64,000 nt of DNA from Candidatus Latescibacterota bacterium (GTDB lineage Bacteria; Latescibacterota; UBA2968; UBA8231): positions 224,001-288,000 of the forward strand of contig OZ220090.1 in assembly GCA_964291625.2 (NCBI GenBank). The letters are read 5' to 3'. How positions within the stretch are numbered: position 1 is the first letter of the stretch; every line of letters begins with the position of its first letter. Below the pieces are notes generated by a model. The model did not search any database, was not told where the DNA came from, and was given only the letters and a program-made list of their open reading frames with translations. This document shows positions 28,777-37,952 of the stretch, piece after piece. The position numbers and the translations under genes were made by a program.

Positions 28777-29454
28777 TCAGATCCGCTCCAGGGCCCAGCC
28801 CTTCAGCACCCGCGCCATCTCGTCGTACACGTCCTCGTCGGACTCGCGCGACCGCTTCAGCACCTTGAAGCCGTGGTCGGCCGTGTCCAGCAGGTGCAGG
28901 GTGGCCCGCTCCAGGCCCTCGACGACCGGCTCGAGCAGCTCCCGCTCGGCCAGCTTGTCCCGCGTCCCGGAGAGGAAGAGCATGGGCACGGTCACCTCCG
29001 GCAGGTGGGCGGCCCGGTCCACCGAGGGCCGGCCCGGCGGGTGCAGGGGGAAGGCGAAGAACACCAGTCCCCGCACCTCGGGGATCGGCGCCTCGGCGGC
29101 GGCGTGGGAGGCCATGCGGCCGCCGAAGGAGTGGCCGCCGACGAACAGGGGCAGGTCGGGCGCGGCCTCATGGGCGGCGGCCGCCGCGGAGCGCACCGTC
29201 GCGAAGGCGACCGGCTTCGACTCGGTGCCGCCTCCGCCCCGCTCCATGTAGGGGAAGTTGTAGCGGAAGGTGGCCGCGCCGGCGTCGGCGCAGCGGCCGG
29301 CGATGGTGCGCAGGTTGCGGTGCCGGCAATCGGTGCCGGCCCCGTGGCCGAGGACCAGCATCAGGCGCGCCTCCGGCGGACGCATGGTGACGGAGGAGAC
29401 CTCCCCCTTCTCCGGCGTGGCCGTGAACCGGCCCTCGGTCTCCTCGTGAGCCAT
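28777..29454 (-). CDS. Alpha/beta hydrolase (KANL3/Tex30-like)
   Basis: GHGAG, FPYM, GGHSFGGR, FPLHPPG and ADHGF. Confidence 0.88.
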   Translation of the reverse strand: MAHEETEGRFTATPEKGEVSSVTMRPPEARLMLVLGHGAGTDCRHRNLRTIAGRCADAGAATFRYNFPYMERGGGGTESKPVAFATVRSAAAAAHEAAPDLPLFVGGHSFGGRMASHAAAEAPIPEVRGLVFFAFPLHPPGRPSVDRAAHLPEVTVPMLFLSGTRDKLAERELLEPVVEGLERATLHLLDTADHGFKVLKRSRESDEDVYDEMARVLKGWALERI

Positions 29455-29459
29455 GGGGG

Positions 29460-30305
29460 TCACGAGGAGCGCGCCCGGTTGAGCCAGGTCTTCTTCGTGC
29501 GCCTCTCGAACCAGAGGGGCATCTCCTTGCGGCGCCAGCGCAGGAAGGCGCCCTCGTGGAGGTCGCGGTTCCGGCGGGAAGGCTCGGCGGGGATCTCGAT
29601 GGTGGCGTGCAGGATCTTCTCCTCCCGGCGCGACAGGGCGACGATCTCGCCCTGGCTGATGATCAGGGTGACGCCCACGTTGGCCTCGACGATGGGGACG
29701 CCGTTCTCCCGCGCCCGCGCCAGGACCGCCCGGTCCTGCCTCTTGGAGCGGCTGCCGAAGGACGGGATCAGCAGGTAGCGGGCCCCGTCGAGGACGGGGA
29801 TGCGGGCGATGTCGGCGTTCCAGCGGTCGGCGCAGATCATGAAGCCGCAGCGTCCGTGGGGGGTGGGGAAGGCCCGGGACTGCCGGCCCAGGCGGTTGAA
29901 CCACCAGGCCGGGTGGGTGCCCTCGGCCAGCTGCATCTTGTGGTACTTGCCGCAGACCTTGCCCGCCGGATCGATGAAGACGGCGCAGTTGTGGACGTTG
30001 CGGCCCACCTTCTCGGCGCAGCCGAAGGCGAGGCTCATGCCCAGCTCGCGGGCCAGGGCGCGGAAGCGGGAGATCACGGCGCCCTGCATGGTCACCGCCA
30101 CCTCGCGGATGCGCGCCGCCGGCGCCTCTCCGGCGATGATCTCGTTGGTCACGTAGCCCTCGATGACGCCCTCGGGGGCCACGGCCAGCTCGGCCCCGTC
30201 CCGCGCCGCCCGGCGGAAGCTCTCCGCGAGGCGGTCGCAGTTGTCGGCCAGCTCGAACTTCCGCGGCACGAAGGAGATCGCGGCCACACGCAAGGGACGG
30301 AACAT
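29460..30305 (-). CDS. Carbon-nitrogen hydrolase (nitrilase superfamily)
   Basis: APEG, YHKMQ and ICADR motifs. Confidence 0.88.
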   Translation of the reverse strand: MFRPLRVAAISFVPRKFELADNCDRLAESFRRAARDGAELAVAPEGVIEGYVTNEIIAGEAPAARIREVAVTMQGAVISRFRALARELGMSLAFGCAEKVGRNVHNCAVFIDPAGKVCGKYHKMQLAEGTHPAWWFNRLGRQSRAFPTPHGRCGFMICADRWNADIARIPVLDGARYLLIPSFGSRSKRQDRAVLARARENGVPIVEANVGVTLIISQGEIVALSRREEKILHATIEIPAEPSRRNRDLHEGAFLRWRRKEMPLWFERRTKKTWLNRARSS

Positions 30306-30461
30306 CACAGCCTCCTTCCGGCTCTTCGGGCCGCCGCGCCCGAGGCGTTTGGCGGATCCTGGTCCACGCGCCCGGGGCAGGGAGGCCTCGTCTTTACTTC
30401 CTTCCACTGCGAGAAAGAGCCGCCTTCGGCTCCACCCGGCAAGCCCTCGACGGGAGCCGCC

Positions 30462-31913
30462 ATGAACAAGCCGAACATCGTCTTCATCCTCGCCGACGAC
30501 CTCGGCTACGGGGATGTGGGCTGCTACAACCCCGAGTCGAAGATCCCCACGCCGAACCTCGACCGTCTCGCCGCCCGGGGGGTGCGCTTCACCGACGCCC
30601 ACGCCCCCTCCAGCGTGTGTACCCCCAGCCGCTACGCCGTGCTCACGGGGCGCTACTGCTGGCGGTCGCGGCTCAAGGGGGGCGTCCTCTGGCAGTGGGA
30701 GAGCGCCCTCGTCGAGCCCGACCGCCTCACCGTGGCCGAGCTGCTGCGGCGGCAGGGATACAGGACTCACTGCGTCGGCAAGTGGCACCTCGGCTGGAAC
30801 TGGACCCTCGACGACGGCTCCCCGGCGGCGGACCACGTCGAGTTCGGGAGCCGCGGCACCGACCCGGCGCGTCTGGCCCTCGACGAGCGCATCGACTACG
30901 GCCGGCCGATCACGGGCGGTCCCGTGGACTGCGGCTTCGACACCTACTTCGGCGACGACGTGCCCAACTTCCCGCCCTACACCTGGTTCGAGGACGAGCG
31001 CGTCGTCGAGGCGCCGTCCGTGCCCAAACCGGAGGTGATGTTCGGCACCCCGGGGCCGATGGTCCCCGGCTGGTCGCTGGAGCGGGTCATGCCCACCCTC
31101 ACCCGGCGCGCCGAGCGCGTCATCGAGGAGGCCGGGGAGGAGCCCTTCTTCCTCTACATGCCGCTGACGGCGCCCCACACCCCCATCGTCCCGCTGGACG
31201 AGTTCCGAGGCGTGAGCCGGGCCGGCGAGTACGGCGACTACGTCTGCGAGGTCGACTGGTGCGTGGGCCGCGTCATGGAAGCCCTGGAGCGGCGCGGCAT
31301 CGCCGGCGACACGCTGCTGATCTTCACCAGCGACAACGGCCCGGAGAGGCCGGCCTACGACCGCATCCGCCAGTTCGGCCATGCCTCCTCGGCCTGCCTG
31401 CGCGGCATCAAGCGCGATGTCTGGGAGGGCGGCCACCGGGTGCCCTTCCTGGCCCGCTGGCCCGGAGTGGCCCCGGCCGGCGCCGAGTGCTCCCACACCA
31501 TCATGCTCGGCGATCTCATGGCCACCTGCGCCGAGATGACGGGGACCCGCCTGGCCACGGGGGAGGGCGAGGACAGCGTCAGCATGCTGCCCCTGCTGCG
31601 CCGGCCGGACCGGGACCGGGGGGTGCGCGCCTTCACCGTCCACCACAGCATGAACGGCCGCTTCGCCATCCGCCGGGGGGACTGGGTCTTCATCGACGAC
31701 GCCACCGGCGGCGACGTCCGCGAGCCGGAGTGGTACAGGGAGGAGCGGGGGTACGCGCCGCACCAACAGCCGGGGGAGCTCTTCCACCTGGCCAGCGACC
31801 TCGAGGAGCGGACCAACCTCCACGGCGAGCGTCCGGAGGTGGTGGCCGAGCTGTCGGGCCTGCTGGAGCAGGTCAAGGCCGGGGGTGTCGACGCCCGAGC
31901 CGCCGCAGGCTGA
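30462..31913 (+). CDS. Arylsulfatase (Cys-type, family S1)
   Basis: KPNIVFILADDLGYGD, CTPSR, GKWHLG, TSDNG and EGGHRVP. Confidence 0.95.
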   Translation: MNKPNIVFILADDLGYGDVGCYNPESKIPTPNLDRLAARGVRFTDAHAPSSVCTPSRYAVLTGRYCWRSRLKGGVLWQWESALVEPDRLTVAELLRRQGYRTHCVGKWHLGWNWTLDDGSPAADHVEFGSRGTDPARLALDERIDYGRPITGGPVDCGFDTYFGDDVPNFPPYTWFEDERVVEAPSVPKPEVMFGTPGPMVPGWSLERVMPTLTRRAERVIEEAGEEPFFLYMPLTAPHTPIVPLDEFRGVSRAGEYGDYVCEVDWCVGRVMEALERRGIAGDTLLIFTSDNGPERPAYDRIRQFGHASSACLRGIKRDVWEGGHRVPFLARWPGVAPAGAECSHTIMLGDLMATCAEMTGTRLATGEGEDSVSMLPLLRRPDRDRGVRAFTVHHSMNGRFAIRRGDWVFIDDATGGDVREPEWYREERGYAPHQQPGELFHLASDLEERTNLHGERPEVVAELSGLLEQVKAGGVDARAAAG

Positions 31914-31937
31914 GTGGGGGTGAGGCCGCCTGCCGGA

Positions 31938-32921
31938 TCAGCCGCGGCGCCGCAGGATGGAGAACAGCTGCGGCTGGGCCACACTCCACATCCCCTTGCG
32001 CGGGCCCTCGTCCTCGATGCGCAGATCGACCGCCTCCGGATCGTTGCGCAACAGGCCGCACGGGGCCTCGAACTTGCCTGTTCCCGCCACCGGCGAGAGC
32101 TCGGCGAGGTTGGCCAGGGCGATCAGGTCGGAGAGGGCGTGGCCGTAGAGGCGGCTCGGCTGCAGGCGGGTCTCCAGGGCGAAGGCGGCCTCCGGCAGGC
32201 CCGCGGCCAGGACGTCGAGCAGGGCGCCCCCCAACAGCCGTTTGCGTTCGGCCATGGCGGCCAGGTGGCCTTCGTTGCGGCCGGTGTCGCCGCCGGCGTC
32301 GATGAAGGCCCGCAGGGCCCGCCCCGACCAGGCCTCGACCTCGTCGGCCACCACCACGCACAGGACCCCCCCGGGTTTGAGGAACCGCGCCATGCGCAGC
32401 AGGCCGGCGGGCAGGTCCTCGATGAAGTAGAGGATGTGGAGGGCGAGGACGAGGTCGACGCTGCCGTCGGGCGGGGGCGCCTGGTCAAGGGAGTCGATCT
32501 CCTCGAAGCCGGCCAACATCGCCAGGCCCGGCCGCAGGTGGTCCTGGGTCTCCAGGAAGGCGCCGTAGTCGGCGGCATAGCCGGCGTTCGGCTCCTCGAA
32601 GGAGACCGTGGTCCCCGCGGCCACGAGATCGGCGAGGAGGGCGAAGGTCTGGCCGTCGCCGGCGCCGAGGTCGAGGATGTGCCCCCCGGGGGGCACGACT
32701 TGGGGGATCCGTTCGCGAAGGGCCGGGACGAAGAGGTCGCGCTGGTCGGTGCCCAGCATCCGCACGCGCCGCAACGGGTCGGCCTTGAGGAGCCGGGCGA
32801 AGGTGTTGCGGTACTGCCGGTCCTTGTCGAGGCCGTGGAACTCGTTGCGCACCAGCTCCAGGGCCTCGTCGAAGCGCGGCGCCAGGTCCCGCGCCGTCTC
32901 CCGGTCGATATGGATGGGCAT
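31938..32921 (-). CDS. Class I SAM-dependent methyltransferase
   Basis: ILDLGAGDG, DLVLALHILY and LKPGG. Confidence 0.82.
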   Translation of the reverse strand: MPIHIDRETARDLAPRFDEALELVRNEFHGLDKDRQYRNTFARLLKADPLRRVRMLGTDQRDLFVPALRERIPQVVPPGGHILDLGAGDGQTFALLADLVAAGTTVSFEEPNAGYAADYGAFLETQDHLRPGLAMLAGFEEIDSLDQAPPPDGSVDLVLALHILYFIEDLPAGLLRMARFLKPGGVLCVVVADEVEAWSGRALRAFIDAGGDTGRNEGHLAAMAERKRLLGGALLDVLAAGLPEAAFALETRLQPSRLYGHALSDLIALANLAELSPVAGTGKFEAPCGLLRNDPEAVDLRIEDEGPRKGMWSVAQPQLFSILRRRG

Positions 32922-32996
32922 CTCATCTCCTCGGCGAGGGAACCGGCGCCGGACCGCTGATTGACAGCCGCCGGAGTCCCCCCGTTGAATGAAGAG

Positions 32997-33027
32997 GGAA
33001 TGAAACGGAGAATGTCCCTGTCCAATG
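32997..33027 (+). promoter_or_regulatory. Putative ECF-sigma promoter (autoregulatory)
   Basis: GGAATGAA-N14-TGTCCAATG. The same motif and spacing occur at 35236-35266. Confidence 0.7.
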
Positions 33028-33600
33028 AGTGTGGATCCGCCGTCCGACCTGGAGCTGACGAGGAGGGCCCGCGATGGTGACGACCACGCTTTCCGCGAGC
33101 TCGTGGACCGGTACGAATCCCGGGTGGCGGCCACCGTCGTCGGCATGCTGGGACCGGGGCCCGACGCCGAGGACGTGGGCCAGGAGACGTTCATCCGCTT
33201 CCACGCCGCCCTCGGGCGCTTCCGCGGCGAGGCGGCCCTCGGCACCTACCTCACCCGGATCGCCATCAACCTCTCCCTCAACGCCTCGAAGAGCCGGCAG
33301 AAGGCCCGGTGGAGATCGTGGAGCCTGGACAGCGAGCAGGACCCGGCGCCCGAGCCCGTCACCGACGGGGCGGGCCTGCAGGACCAGGCCGATACCCGCG
33401 CCGAGGTGCAGGCGGCCCTGCAGCAGCTCAAGCCCGATCACCGCGCCGTGGTGGTGCTGCGCATGATCCAGGGGTACTCGACCCGCGAGACGGCGCAGGC
33501 CCTGGGCCTGCCCGAGGGCACGGTGCTGTCCCGGCTGTCCCGCGGGATGGCCAACCTGAAGGAGATCCTGCAGCGGAGCATGGATCATGAAGAGAACTGA
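33025..33600 (+). CDS. ECF RNA polymerase sigma factor
   Basis: DAEDVGQETF, YLTRIAIN and ETAQALGLPEGTVLSRLSRG. The true start may be GTG at 33031. Confidence 0.93.
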   Translation: MSVDPPSDLELTRRARDGDDHAFRELVDRYESRVAATVVGMLGPGPDAEDVGQETFIRFHAALGRFRGEAALGTYLTRIAINLSLNASKSRQKARWRSWSLDSEQDPAPEPVTDGAGLQDQADTRAEVQAALQQLKPDHRAVVVLRMIQGYSTRETAQALGLPEGTVLSRLSRGMANLKEILQRSMDHEEN

Positions 33601-34003
33601 ACGCGAAGAGTGGCTGGCCCGGGCCCTGGGCGGCGATCTCGACCCGGCGCAGCAGGCCCGCTTCGAGGAGCTGCTCTCCTCGGACGAGGGCTTCCGCACC
33701 GAGTGGGAGCAGCTGCGCCAGGCGGGCGACCTGGTCTCCGAGGCCCGGGCCGAAGGCTTCGGCCCCCACTTCTCGGCGCGGGTCCTGGCCCGCCTGCGCA
33801 GCGAGAGGGCCGCGCCCGGCCTCGCCGACGGCCTCATGCGTCTCTTCCGGCCCCTGGTGCCGGTAACCCTCGCGGTGGCCCTCTTCCTCGCCGTGCTCAA
33901 CTGGCGGGACCGCGATCTCTCCGCCGAGGGCGCCTCCTTCCTGGAGATCACCTTCGCCGTGCCGCCGGTCTCGGCGGAGACCGCGGAACTCCTGGAGATG
34001 TGA
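33587..34003 (+). CDS. Putative membrane-bound anti-sigma factor
   Basis: Overlaps the ECF gene. N-terminal helical domain plus one TM segment. Confidence 0.7.
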   Translation: MKRTEREEWLARALGGDLDPAQQARFEELLSSDEGFRTEWEQLRQAGDLVSEARAEGFGPHFSARVLARLRSERAAPGLADGLMRLFRPLVPVTLAVALFLAVLNWRDRDLSAEGASFLEITFAVPPVSAETAELLEM

Positions 34004-34410
34004 CCGTGTCCTCCCGCACCCGCATCGCCGCCATCCTCATCGCCACCCTCGTGCTCGGAATGGTGGTGGGGTCCCTCGGTCACAGCGTCTACCAGCGCCA
34101 CCGCTTCCGCGACGCCCTGAGCCTGGCCAGACCCGCCCTCTTCACCGCCGGCATCCGGCGCGCCATCGGCCCGGTGGAGGACGAGCGGCGCGAGCGGATC
34201 GCCGAGGTCCTGCGCCGCATCGACCGGCGCATGCGCGCCAACCGCATCGCCCGGGACCAGGAGCGCCGGGCCCAGCTGGACTCCATCCGGGCGGCCCTGC
34301 ATCCGCTGCTGACGGACGCGGAGCGCCGGCGGCTGCAGCGGCACCTGGAGCGGCACAAGCGCTGGATGAAGCGCGGCCCCGCCCGCCATCACGGCGGCCG
34401 GCTGCACTAG
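34000..34410 (+). CDS. Membrane-anchored helical periplasmic protein (Spy/CpxP/heavy-metal-sensor-like)
   Basis: N-terminal TM segment, then a helical region with LLTDAERRRL. GTGA coupling. Confidence 0.6.
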   Translation: MTVSSRTRIAAILIATLVLGMVVGSLGHSVYQRHRFRDALSLARPALFTAGIRRAIGPVEDERRERIAEVLRRIDRRMRANRIARDQERRAQLDSIRAALHPLLTDAERRRLQRHLERHKRWMKRGPARHHGGRLH

Positions 34411-34484
34411 CAGCTCCGGATGGCTGTTCGGGGCACCCGGTGGGGCGCAGACGCGGCGGCTCCTGCTCGATCAAGCAGGCCTCG

Positions 34485-35201
34485 ATGACCAACCGCCGCT
34501 GGAACAAGGCCCAGGTCAGTGAGCGCGACTGGTGGCGGTCCCGCGCCGCCGACATGGACCTGGGGTTCTACGCCGCCTTCGCCCGGGCCCTGCGCGGCCA
34601 CGTCGAGGGCATTCTCACCCTTGGGCCCGATACCCGGATCCTGGAGATCGGCAGCGGCGCGGCGGGAATCCTCACCCACCTCGGCGAGAGCGGTCATCGC
34701 CACGCCGTCGATCCCCTGGAGGACTTCTACGCCTCGGTGCAGCGCTTCAGGGACTTCCGCGATCCCGCCGTGCACTACCATGCGGGAGCGGGTGAGCGGC
34801 TCGATTTCCCCGCGGACCACTTCGACCTGGTCATCATGGACAACGTCCTCGACCACTGCGCCGACCCCGGGCAGGTCCTGGCCGAGATGCACCGGGTCCT
34901 GAAGCCGGGGGGAACCGCCTACTTCCGCCAGAACACCTACCACCCATGGGGTCGCCTGGTGCGGGGACTGATGGAGTGCTTCCAGATCGACCGCGGGCAT
35001 CCCCACACCTTCTCCAAGGGATACCTGCAGCGGCGCTTCAGAGGGTTGGGACTGCAGGTGCGCCGCTTCGAGCGCGAAGGCTACCGGGCCACCTGGATCC
35101 GGGAGATCCGCTCGTCCCGCGCCCTGGACCGGGTCAAGGCGCTGCTCTTCGCGACCCGGGACCGCACCCTCTACATCCTTCAGAAGACCTCGGGCGCCTG
35201 A
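34485..35201 (+). CDS. Class I SAM-dependent methyltransferase
   Basis: ILEIGSG, FDLVIMDNVLDH and RVLKPGG. Confidence 0.88.
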   Translation: MTNRRWNKAQVSERDWWRSRAADMDLGFYAAFARALRGHVEGILTLGPDTRILEIGSGAAGILTHLGESGHRHAVDPLEDFYASVQRFRDFRDPAVHYHAGAGERLDFPADHFDLVIMDNVLDHCADPGQVLAEMHRVLKPGGTAYFRQNTYHPWGRLVRGLMECFQIDRGHPHTFSKGYLQRRFRGLGLQVRRFEREGYRATWIREIRSSRALDRVKALLFATRDRTLYILQKTSGA

Positions 35202-35235
35202 AAGGAGCAAGACGGGGCGCCGCGCGAACAAGAGT

Positions 35236-35266
35236 GGAATGAAGCGCTCCCCGCCGTTGTCCAATG
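35236..35266 (+). promoter_or_regulatory. Putative ECF-sigma promoter of the Spy-like gene
   Basis: GGAATGAA-N14-TGTCCAATG. Confidence 0.7.
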
Positions 35267-35329
35267 GCGTGAGAGCAGGACAACGGCCCGGAATCATCCG
35301 GCCGCAACCCACTCGATCGGAGGAGCCCC

Positions 35330-35803
35330 ATGAAGGCCATTCCCACCATCGCCGCCGCCGTCCTCGTCCTGGGGACGCTTCCCGCCGCCGCCGAGTCCGA
35401 AGGCGAGGACCGGAAGGCCAAGGCCGAGGAGGCTCGCGCGGCCCTCCTGGACGACCTCGGCCTCGAAGGCGACCAGAGGTCGCAGGTCGAGGAGATCCTG
35501 GAGGCGCACGCCGAGAAGGGCGGGGAGCTGTTCTCGGAGCACCGCGAGTCCCGGGGCGAAGGGCGTGAGCAGTTGCGCCAGTCGCGGCGCGAAGCGCGGG
35601 ACCAGAGGCAGGCGCTGCGGGAGGAGACGGAGGGCAGGCTGAAGGAGGTGTTGAGCGACGAGCAGTTCACCCGGCTGCAGGAACTGCGCAAGGAGAGACG
35701 GAAGGAGCGCGGCGGCGACCACCACCGCGAGGGATTCAGCCGCGGCGGCGAGGAGCGCGGCGGCAAGGGACACCGCGGCGGCAGGGGCAAGTCCCACCAC
35801 TGA
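35330..35803 (+). CDS. Spy/CpxP-like periplasmic protein
   Basis: Signal peptide, LGLEGDQ and VLSDEQ (LTxxQ-like) motifs, charged helices, GGAGG RBS. Confidence 0.7.
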   Translation: MKAIPTIAAAVLVLGTLPAAAESEGEDRKAKAEEARAALLDDLGLEGDQRSQVEEILEAHAEKGGELFSEHRESRGEGREQLRQSRREARDQRQALREETEGRLKEVLSDEQFTRLQELRKERRKERGGDHHREGFSRGGEERGGKGHRGGRGKSHH

Positions 35804-35820
35804 GCGGCGATCGAAATTCC

Positions 35821-35860
35821 ACGAGCGGCGCCGGTCCCGCGGGATCGGTGCCGCTCGTTC
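35821..35860. terminator. Long hairpin between convergent genes
   Basis: ACGAGCGGCGCCGGTCCC / GGGATCGGTGCCGCTCGT. Confidence 0.6.
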
Positions 35861-35902
35861 GTGTACGGCCCTCCGGCACGGGGATGGCGGGGCGGCGCCG
35901 AC

Positions 35903-37840
35903 TCAGGGCGTGTAGTACCACAGGCGCCGCTTCTCCGGCGCCGTGTTGGGCTCGTACGCCCGGACTCGCTCCTCGTTGAAGTAGAGTTCCACCATTTTCA
36001 GCGGCCTCAGGGGAAACTCCCTTTTCCACTGGCGCGCCAGGTACTTGCAGAACAGGGGGCGGTAGTCCTTCTTCGCGCTCCTGCGCAGGGACATCATGTA
36101 CTTGCGCCAGCGCTGGCCGTGGAAGGTCCGCACGATGGGGTCGGGCCGCTCCCACGAGACCGGGGCGAGCTTCTCTCCCAGGACGACGTGCCGGTAGAGG
36201 TCGACCTGGGTCCCGTCGTTCAAGGTGCCGACCACCACGTACCACCCGCTGTTGCGGGAGGGGTACGGGGCGAACATGCTCCATCGCTGGCTGACTCGCA
36301 GGAGGCGGCCGTACCACCGCAGGTCCGGGCCGGGAGCCTGCCCGGGCCGGGAGCCGGTCATCCAGCCCGCCGCCGCCGCCGAGAGCCCGGCCGCCTTCGA
36401 GTCCGCTGCGAAGACCTCCTTGGTGTGGAAGCCGCGGGCGTTCCACAGGACGACGTAGGCGAGGGTTGCGAGGAGCACGGCACTACCCGCCCAGGCCAGG
36501 GGCCGGGCCACCGGTCTCGCCGGCCGCGGGCGCATCCAGGCGGTGAGGCGCCCCATCAGCTCGCGGCGGCTCGCCGTCTGCTCGTAGAGCCAGGTGCCGG
36601 GCCTGCGGAAGACCGCCGCCCCGAGGACCGCCCCCAGGGGCCATCCCCACGGAGAGCGGGAGAGCACGTACGCCAGCGCCTCGAACTTGAAGTGCCGCTT
36701 CCCTTCGTGATCGGTGACCACCCACGAGTCGCGCCGGCGCATGGCGCGCTCGATGGCGGGGTCGTCCTGGGCCCTGGCGACGGCGGTCTCGGGCAGGAGG
36801 AAGAAGGCGCGGATCACGAGGACCATGCGCCGGCAGAACCCGCAGTCGCCGTCGTAGTGCAGGGTCATCCCGAGGCGCCGCGGGTCCCGCCGGAAGCGGG
36901 CGAAGAGGCGGTCCCAGGCCGCCGGCGGCACCAGGGCCAGCCACATGGCGCCGCACACGTAGGAGAACAGGCCCAGCTGCAGGGTCGCCGTGAAGCCCGC
37001 GTGCAGGGCGAGCATGACGGCGCAGGCTGTGAACCGCAGGGGGCCGACGAAGACGGGAATCCAGATGAGGAAGGGAGCCCAGAACTCGAGGAGCAGAGTG
37101 CCCCGGGTGGCGAGCTCGAGCAGCCCCGGGGGCCACTCGCGCATCACGGTGGCCAGGGGCAGGGCCATGTAGTCGAGCTTGAGGGCGTGCCAGACCGCGG
37201 TGCGGTCCTCGGTCCAGATGGGGTCGGTCTTGAGCAGGGCCGTGGCCCAGTAGACGATGGAGACCTGGGCCATGAAGCAGAAGGCGGCCACCGACCAGGT
37301 ACGGTGGCCGCCCTCGTCGGGCCCGTCCTCCCGCGGCTCTCTCATGGCGGCGTCGACCGAGCCGCGCGCCCCGAGAGGGAGGAAGATCGACCAGAACAGG
37401 AGCATCCGGAAGAGCACGTCGCCGGCGTTGAGGACGGCGGGGTTGCGGTTGTGCAGCGACAGCAGCAGCAGCCAACTCAGCACCGTGAACAGCCGGGTGC
37501 GGTGGCCGATGAGCAGGCAGAAGGCGCAGAAGGCGGCCACCGCGAAGAGCGCCAACTGCACCCCCGGGAGGCCGCTGATCATGTGCAGGGAGACGCTCCA
37601 GGGGGTGGCGCTGGTATCCACCCGGTCGAGCAGGTCGACGCGCGGCAGCACGCCGGAGTCGGTGTAGAACACGCCGATGTCCCCCGCTCGCGCCGCCAGG
37701 TCGACGAGGAGGATCACCCCGAGGAGGATGCGGAACAGCGCCAGGGCCCGCAGGTCGAGGCCGAAGCGCTCCGGCCAGCGGCGGAGCCATCCGCGGATCT
37801 TCGTGCTCGTGGGGGCCGGGGCCGAGGTAGACGAATCCAT
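35903..37840 (-). CDS. HTTM-domain membrane protein with inserted DCC1-like thiol-disulfide oxidoreductase domain
   Basis: DLRALALFRI, FYTDSGVLPR, SLHNRNP..NAGD, the DxxCxxC motif YDGDCGFC and QRWSMFAP. Confidence 0.85.
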   Translation of the reverse strand: MDSSTSAPAPTSTKIRGWLRRWPERFGLDLRALALFRILLGVILLVDLAARAGDIGVFYTDSGVLPRVDLLDRVDTSATPWSVSLHMISGLPGVQLALFAVAAFCAFCLLIGHRTRLFTVLSWLLLLSLHNRNPAVLNAGDVLFRMLLFWSIFLPLGARGSVDAAMREPREDGPDEGGHRTWSVAAFCFMAQVSIVYWATALLKTDPIWTEDRTAVWHALKLDYMALPLATVMREWPPGLLELATRGTLLLEFWAPFLIWIPVFVGPLRFTACAVMLALHAGFTATLQLGLFSYVCGAMWLALVPPAAWDRLFARFRRDPRRLGMTLHYDGDCGFCRRMVLVIRAFFLLPETAVARAQDDPAIERAMRRRDSWVVTDHEGKRHFKFEALAYVLSRSPWGWPLGAVLGAAVFRRPGTWLYEQTASRRELMGRLTAWMRPRPARPVARPLAWAGSAVLLATLAYVVLWNARGFHTKEVFAADSKAAGLSAAAAGWMTGSRPGQAPGPDLRWYGRLLRVSQRWSMFAPYPSRNSGWYVVVGTLNDGTQVDLYRHVVLGEKLAPVSWERPDPIVRTFHGQRWRKYMMSLRRSAKKDYRPLFCKYLARQWKREFPLRPLKMVELYFNEERVRAYEPNTAPEKRRLWYYTP

Positions 37841-37952
37841 GCGGGGCGGCGGTCTTCAGGGCGGGGGCGGGGCGCGGGGAAGGGGGAGGCTGCGGGTCAA
37901 TAGGTAGTGCCCGTCTGGACGCGGGACAAGCCGGGGCGCGCGAGGCCCGCCG

